A program made the translations under genes and the position numbers. The notes under the pieces are model-generated. The model was not told where the DNA came from. It searched no databases and worked only from the letters and a program-made list of their open reading frames with translations. A DNA stretch of 64,000 nt from Deinococcota bacterium (GTDB taxonomy: Bacteria; Deinococcota; Deinococci; Deinococcales; Thermaceae), in contig JBGFRI010000025.1 in assembly GCA_041695225.1 (NCBI GenBank), forward strand, positions 1 through 64,000, in the 5' to 3' direction. Positions 58,619 to 64,000 of this stretch are shown here, in pieces (positions within the stretch are counted from its first letter, which is position 1; every line of letters starts with the position of its first letter).

Positions 58619-59455
58619 TTATGGCTTTTGTACTCTTTGACTACTCAGTTTTGAGTACTCCGGGTTCAATTCAATCAGGATTGCATGGCGTCCCTGTTGT
58701 TGTGCGACTTCGCCAGTGGTGCCAGAACCGCCAAACGGGTCAAGCACGGTGTCGCCGGCACGACTGCCTAGCAGAATACACCGACGCGCCAGTTCACGTG
58801 GGAATGCTGCTGGATGCCCTTTGCCATTACCCTCCGGGCTGAGCATCCAGAAATTTCGCAGATTGGCTCCTGTTTCTTCTCTAACACCGCCCGGGTCATA
58901 GTAATACGTTGATGATTTGGCAAAGAGAAAGATCTCCTCTGTGGCGCTGGTGGGTCTATTCTTCACACTTTCTGGCATCGGGGCTTTCTTGACCCATGTG
59001 ATGCGAGATCGCAGTATCCAGCCGTCGGCCTGCAATGCAAAGGCTACGCGCCACGGAAGCCCCATCAAGTCTCTATCTTTGAGTCCCCAACAGTCCGGTA
59101 CTTTGCAGTTGCGTCGCTGAATTAGCTTCTTGGTGTTTCCTACTACTGCATTGGGTCCGTGACTACCTGTACCACCGTTTCGTGCATAACCATCGCCAAC
59201 ATTTAGCCAAAGCGTGCCGTCTGGGCGCAACACCCGTCGCACAAGTCGGAAAATTTCAACAAGATTCGCCACATACTGCTCAGGCGACGGTTCCGCACCA
59301 ATTTGAGCTGGATGGTCGTAATCGCGTAGGCCCCAGTAGGGAGGCGAGGTAACGCAGCACTGGACACTCTCGACTGGCAGGTGTCGCAGCAGCTCGCGGC
59401 TATCGCCTGTCAAGACTCTGACTTCTGGCAGTGGGAAGAGTGAACCGTTTTGCAT
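58619..59455 (-). CDS. Beta-class N4-cytosine (N6/N4 family) DNA methyltransferase
   Basis: Catalytic TSPPYW precedes the SAM motif DPFGGSGTT. Confidence 0.92.
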   Translation of the reverse strand: MQNGSLFPLPEVRVLTGDSRELLRHLPVESVQCCVTSPPYWGLRDYDHPAQIGAEPSPEQYVANLVEIFRLVRRVLRPDGTLWLNVGDGYARNGGTGSHGPNAVVGNTKKLIQRRNCKVPDCWGLKDRDLMGLPWRVAFALQADGWILRSRITWVKKAPMPESVKNRPTSATEEIFLFAKSSTYYYDPGGVREETGANLRNFWMLSPEGNGKGHPAAFPRELARRCILLGSRAGDTVLDPFGGSGTTGEVAQQQGRHAILIELNPEYSKLSSQRVQKP

Positions 59456-59617
59456 CTTGCTTGCTATCAGCGCTTTCGCCCATCAGTATAATGTGCGCAG
59501 CTTCAGCTAGGCAAGATGGGCGGTACTCAAGCAACTGCCGACCAAGGCGCTCAACACGCCCACTTAGGTATCGCTTTTTCCTCGTTAGGCGTTCGACGAC
59601 GGCTTTAAGAATGGGCA

Positions 59618-59727
59618 TTTAGAACCATGAAAGCTCGCGGTTATGTGAGCACACCGACTTGTTCGAGGCTCTACGCCGTTGGTGGCCAAGGGTGACTCGA
59701 GGGTTGTGTCGTTAGTGGTGCAGAACT
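59618..59727 (+). repeat. Second copy of the non-coding unit at 57754-57866
   Basis: Direct repeat starting TTAGAAC and ending AGAACT. Confidence 0.85.
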
Positions 59728-59829
59728 TACGCCCTAGCCAGACGGGTCGCCGTTTTGGGGATAATTTGACTGGCGTGCCAAGCGTCGAATAAGCCGTATC
59801 TGGGGTCAAAACCACGTCTTTACCGGGCT

Positions 59830-60540
59830 CTACTTTGGGAACCGCCCCTGCCGCACCACTTCGGCCAGCACCTCTGGCAGCTCCCATGCCGCCAGGTCGA
59901 AGGTAATCTGACCGTAGTCGTAGGACAGCTTGAGAAAGCGGTGGTGGATTTCGCCGTGCACGTCGTCTTCCAGAATCAGGACATCGGCGCCGGGCTCGCC
60001 TCCCAGGCTGAGCCCTACCGAGCCAGGGTCAAAGACAACGCCTTTGTGCACCACCCGGCGAAAGGGGATGTGCTTGCCGGCTACCACCGCATAACGCGAA
60101 CGAATGCTATCCAACATTTTCAGAATCTCCGCCGGGTGCGCCTCGTTGAGGTCTACCTTGTTTTCCGGGTCTTCCGGAGAGCCATGAAAGGCCATCAGTC
60201 GGCCTCCCGGTGCATCGTAGCGGTGGCGCGAGCGCAGGTTGCGCAAAAAGTGCAGTTCGCGTGCGCCTAGCTGCTCCCGCGTCCAGACGATAGTGGTCTC
60301 GGCTATGCCTTCGCGGGCCGGCGAGGGAAGAGCATAAGCCGCCCGCAGGTCGGCGGCCCCTGGCACACAGGGAATGCCTTCCCTGTCGAGCTTGCGAATA
60401 ACCTGGCGCGGGTGAGGGCCATAACCCACCAGGTCTCCCACCGCCAGCACCTGATCTATGCCCTCTTTGCGCAGGGCCTCGAGTGCTGCTTCCAGCGCGG
60501 GCAGGTTGGCGTGAATTTCAGCGATAATCCCTAGCCGCAT
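59830..60540 (-). CDS. Metallophosphoesterase-fold protein with degenerate metal ligands
   Basis: AEIHAN, GDLVGYGP, HGSP and PGSVG motifs. Confidence 0.85.
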   Translation of the reverse strand: MRLGIIAEIHANLPALEAALEALRKEGIDQVLAVGDLVGYGPHPRQVIRKLDREGIPCVPGAADLRAAYALPSPAREGIAETTIVWTREQLGARELHFLRNLRSRHRYDAPGGRLMAFHGSPEDPENKVDLNEAHPAEILKMLDSIRSRYAVVAGKHIPFRRVVHKGVVFDPGSVGLSLGGEPGADVLILEDDVHGEIHHRFLKLSYDYGQITFDLAAWELPEVLAEVVRQGRFPK

Positions 60541-60660
60541 GGCGGTTACATTCTGGCACGAAAATTCGAAAGCGGTTGGCTCATTTGGCCCTCACCCTCT
60601 GCAAGTTACGGTCGGCCCATTCTTCAGGCTTTTCTAAAGCGGTCGGCGTATGCTTTAGCA

Positions 60661-62055
60661 GTGCAGCTCTGGCTTCCAATTTTTTTGGGTGTCGCCCTGG
60701 CACTCACTCTGCCCCCCACTCCACTGGGCTTCCTGGCGCCGCTGCCATTAATCTGGCTTCTGATTAGGGGAGGCTTTCGCTTTGGATTCCTGGCCGGAGT
60801 GGGCTTCTGGGCGGTGCATCTGGTCTGGCTGCCGCTAAGTTTTGTGGTGCTGTTTGAAACCCCCTGGGGGGCGGTACCCTATCTGCCGCTGGTCCTGATC
60901 AAAGCCGCGATGTGGGGTGCTGTTTTCGGCCTGACCAGGGGCAGACCCATCGCCCGGGCGGGCCTGTGGGTGGTGCAGGAATACCTCACCTCTTTGGGAG
61001 AGTTTGCCTTTCCCTGGGGTTTTCTGGGCTATGCCCTGGTGGATGCGCCAGGGCGGGTGCTGGCAAGCGTGGGCGGAGTGTATCTGCTTTCTCTGACAGT
61101 CTTGCTGGTAGCGCTCGGCCTCTACTTTGCCTGGCAGCGTATGCGCCGGGAGCTGGTGATTTTTTCGGCACCGGCTCTGGCTATGACCGGGATTGGCCTG
61201 TTCTGGGTGGGGCTCTGGACAGCCCCTCTCCCGCCGGTGCAGGGCAGCGAGAAGGCCCTGCTGGTGCAGGGCAACATCAACCCGATGCGAAAACTCGAGG
61301 GCGTCTCTGCCGAGCAGACCTATTTCGACCTCACCCGCCAGGGCTTGCAGGCCCATCCCCAGACCCAGGTGGTAGTCTGGCCCGAGACGGCAGTCTTCGG
61401 CTTTTCGCCCGAGCTGGTGGCATTGCTGGGAAGCCGTGAGCTTATCAGCGGCCTCGAGACCGGAGTGGTTAACCGGGTGGTGCGCCTGGTAGATGGGCAG
61501 GTCACCCACTACTACGACAAAAATCGGCTGGTGCCGTTTGGCGAGTTCTTCCCTTGGAGCGACCAGCTAGGCTCCGTCTACGGCTTCTTTTTCCGGGCCT
61601 TTGGCTTTGATGGCCAGATTGCCAGCCGTAGACCAGGCAGCAGCTACAGGCCTCTGGGCCGGTATGGGGCTTTTATCTGCTACGAATCGGTCTTTCCTTC
61701 GGTGACCAGCGTACTGGTGCAGGGCGGGGCCCAGGTATTGCTACTGGGTACCAACGATGCCTGGTTTGGGCCCAGTTTTGGCGGCCTGCAACATTTTCAA
61801 ATGGGCCGACTGCGGGCTGTCGAAACTGGCCGCTGGCTGCTGCGGGCCGGCAACGACGGGGTGACGGCGATCATAGACCCCTACGGACGGGTCACGGCCC
61901 GCATTCCCCAGCGTCAGGCTGGCTTTCTGGCCGGGGAGTTTGGCCTGTCGCAGGGCCATACCCCGTATGTTCGCTGGGGTGACTGGGCGGTGTTGCTGGC
62001 CGGGGCTTTGCTGGTGTTTGGCTTGCTAAACCGCCCAAAAGGCAGTATAGTTTAG
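60661..62055 (+). CDS. lnt: Apolipoprotein N-acyltransferase
   Basis: FPW, VQGNI, WPET, K.RLVPFGE, ICYE and TNDAWF motifs. Confidence 0.95.
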   Translation: MQLWLPIFLGVALALTLPPTPLGFLAPLPLIWLLIRGGFRFGFLAGVGFWAVHLVWLPLSFVVLFETPWGAVPYLPLVLIKAAMWGAVFGLTRGRPIARAGLWVVQEYLTSLGEFAFPWGFLGYALVDAPGRVLASVGGVYLLSLTVLLVALGLYFAWQRMRRELVIFSAPALAMTGIGLFWVGLWTAPLPPVQGSEKALLVQGNINPMRKLEGVSAEQTYFDLTRQGLQAHPQTQVVVWPETAVFGFSPELVALLGSRELISGLETGVVNRVVRLVDGQVTHYYDKNRLVPFGEFFPWSDQLGSVYGFFFRAFGFDGQIASRRPGSSYRPLGRYGAFICYESVFPSVTSVLVQGGAQVLLLGTNDAWFGPSFGGLQHFQMGRLRAVETGRWLLRAGNDGVTAIIDPYGRVTARIPQRQAGFLAGEFGLSQGHTPYVRWGDWAVLLAGALLVFGLLNRPKGSIV

Positions 62056-62093
62056 CCTTGCTGGTGCCAGGGCCATGAAAGTTTTGCCTGCGT

Positions 62094-62179
62094 GCCGGGA
62101 TGGCGGAATTGGTAGACGCACCCGACTCAAAATCGGACGGTGAGCAGCCGTGTGGGTTCGAGTCCCATTCCCGGCACCA
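62094..62179 (+). tRNA. tRNA-Leu (CAA)
   Basis: GCCGGGA/TCCCGGC acceptor stem; CTCAAAA anticodon loop; long variable arm; TTCGAG T-loop; encoded CCA. Confidence 0.96.
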
Positions 62180-62232
62180 GTTCAGGTGGCCGCTAGCAGT
62201 AAAAAGTCTTTAGTAAGTAGCGGAGGTCAGTA

Positions 62233-62460
62233 GTGGAGATTTTTCAGAACATCCTGTTATTGCTGTATATCGCCGTGGCCGGGTTTCTGGTCTATCTGGT
62301 GCTCTCGCAAGAACCCAAACAGGGCGCGGGCGATATGTTTGGCGGTTCTACCGACCTGTTCAGCACCCGTGGGGTAACCGGTGGCCTTTACCGTATCACG
62401 GTGGTGCTGGGGGTGATCTTTGTAGTGCTGGCTTTCTCCTTCCGGTACTTAGAGCGATAG
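62233..62460 (+). CDS. secG: Preprotein translocase subunit SecG
   Basis: Two TM helices around LSQEPKQGAG..FGG; GGAGG RBS. Confidence 0.9.
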   Translation: MEIFQNILLLLYIAVAGFLVYLVLSQEPKQGAGDMFGGSTDLFSTRGVTGGLYRITVVLGVIFVVLAFSFRYLER

Positions 62461-62750
62461 GCGGTTTTGGTTAAAACCCTCACGCAGCGCTGCTCTCCAC
62501 GAGGCGAGTCGCTTACGCGATTCCGGCAAAGCCGTAACCTACTGTCCTGGAGGGCAGTTTGTTGTGAGAGCAGTGGAGCAACGGCCTAAGGCCATCCACC
62601 GGTTGGTGGATGTCATTCCGAGGCAAATTCATCCATGAGCCCTTGACAGTCGCATGATGACTGGATAGCTTTGTACCAAGTCCATCCCGTTGTGGTTCTG
62701 CCCAGTAGTCAGCGAGGGTGGTGAGCTTGTTGAAAGTCAGGAGGCGCGAA

Positions 62751-64000
62751 ATGAAAAAACTGTTGGTCTTAGGAATACTTGCCCTGGTTGGGGTAGCCAT
62801 GGCCCAGCCCAAGGTGTTCAGGGGCACCGAGCCGGGCCGTCCGGGTGGCGCGTTCCGGGTGGCCGCCATCTCGGATCCACGCACCTTTAACCCCTTTGTA
62901 GCCAGGGAAACCTCTTCTACTGACATCATTCAGTTGTTCTTACCCTGGTTGACCGGTTACAACCCCTACACTCAGGCTGTGGAGGGCAGGCTGGCCCGAA
63001 GCTGGGAAGTGCGCAACAACGGTCTGACCGTGATCTTCCGCCTGCGTGAAGGCGTCCGCTGGTCCGATGGCCGGCCTCTTGATGCCGACGATGTGATTTT
63101 TAGCGCCACCGTTCACGCTGACCGCGCGGTCAACTCCAATGCTCGTATGAGCTTCGAGCTGGATGGCCAGCCCATCCGCTGGACCAAGATAGACCAGCAC
63201 ACCGTTCGGGCCGACTTCCCCAAGCCCTTTGCCCCGGCCCTGATCCAGAGCTGGTTTATCGCCCCCAGACACATCTTCGAGCCGGCCTACCGCGCCGGGG
63301 TGCCCCAGCTACAGGCCCTGTGGAGCCTGGATACCCCCGTGGCCCAGATTATCTCCGGCGGCCCCTTCAGGCTCGAGGCCTATGTTCGGGGTGAGCGGGT
63401 GGTGCTGGTGCGCAACCCCAACCACTGGGGCGTAGACGAGCGCGGCGCAGCCGTGGCTTACCTCGAGCGCTATACCATTCAGATCGTACCTAACCTCGAG
63501 GCCGCGATGGCCCGCTTCCTGGCCGGCGATACCGATGTATTCAACGCGGCCAACGCCGATCAGGTAGCCCAGGTGCTGGAGCGCATCCGCGGTGGCCGCC
63601 TGGCCGGCGAGATCTTCCCCAACGCCGACGTGACCATGGGCACCAACTTTATCGTCTTCAACTGGAACAACCGGGACGCCAACAAGGCCCGGCTCTTCCG
63701 CCAGGTCCAGTTCCGCCGGGCCATGGCCCATCTGATGGACAAGGAGTCAATGGTGGAGGTGGCCCTGGGTGGCCTGGGCAAACCTCAGTGGAGCCCCATC
63801 TCCATTCCGGCGAGGGCTTTCTTTACCGATGACGTGCCCAAGTTTGAGTTTAACCCCCGGCGCGCCGCCCAGCTTCTGGCCGAGCTCGGCTTCCGCACCA
63901 GAAACCGCGACGGCTGGCTGGTCAATGCCCAGGGCCAGGAGCTGCGGTTCAACCTGTTCACCAACCAGGGTAACACCGTGCGCGAGCGCATTGCCGAGAT
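62751..64000 (+). CDS. ABC transporter substrate-binding protein, family 5 (peptide/nickel), partial
   Basis: MKKL..AMAQ signal; DPRTFNP; LARSWEV; LREGVRWSDG...ADDV; GPF; frame open to the window end. Confidence 0.92.
   Translation, partial: MKKLLVLGILALVGVAMAQPKVFRGTEPGRPGGAFRVAAISDPRTFNPFVARETSSTDIIQLFLPWLTGYNPYTQAVEGRLARSWEVRNNGLTVIFRLREGVRWSDGRPLDADDVIFSATVHADRAVNSNARMSFELDGQPIRWTKIDQHTVRADFPKPFAPALIQSWFIAPRHIFEPAYRAGVPQLQALWSLDTPVAQIISGGPFRLEAYVRGERVVLVRNPNHWGVDERGAAVAYLERYTIQIVPNLEAAMARFLAGDTDVFNAANADQVAQVLERIRGGRLAGEIFPNADVTMGTNFIVFNWNNRDANKARLFRQVQFRRAMAHLMDKESMVEVALGGLGKPQWSPISIPARAFFTDDVPKFEFNPRRAAQLLAELGFRTRNRDGWLVNAQGQELRFNLFTNQGNTVRERIAE

Noticed and set aside
59400..59618. 72-aa ORF upstream of the MTase as a controller (C) protein
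   Set aside because: No HTH signature, and it runs across the attC-like boundary sequence.
59624..59651. dif-like site (TTATGTGAGC resembles a XerD arm)
   Set aside because: No convincing XerC arm at the required 6-bp spacing.
62094..62179. tRNA-Leu as integration site for the 56.5-59.8 kb islet
   Set aside because: Separated from the islet by two housekeeping-type genes; no duplicated tRNA 3' end and no integrase seen.

Overview
GC-rich chromosomal window, most likely from a Deinococcus-Thermus member of the Meiothermus type (inferred from Gfh1, the alpha2-type GlyRS and many leaderless-type starts). It is mostly housekeeping: lipA/lipB, tdh-kbl, rsmF, acpS, a MarR-controlled RND efflux operon with two TolC-like genes, gfh1, lysS, asd, glpX, hisIE/hisF, serS, gatC, mfd, hemW, T-box-controlled glyQS, an nfeD-floA-phoH-ybeY-dgkA-CNNM-cdd cluster, queG, lnt, tRNA-Leu(CAA), secG and a partial peptide ABC-binding protein. 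Notable non-routine items: (1) a ~3.3 kb accessory islet (56.45-59.8 kb) with a frameshifted hicBA, an AF2212/VapC TA pair and an N4-MTase/HNH pair, whose modules are bounded by degenerate attC-like sequences and a duplicated non-coding unit, resembling a decayed integron-cassette array without an integrase; (2) an unannotated MVWYTTTT leader peptide with terminator/antiterminator upstream of asd (putative Thr attenuator); (3) an Ala1 class-3-type LAGLIDADG intein in PhoH; (4) a nested palindromic repeat family at 19.7-20.25 kb with a diverged copy at 7.75-7.95 kb; (5) heptamer tandem-repeat patches and strong CTCGAG over-representation. All calls were made by eye without database searches.
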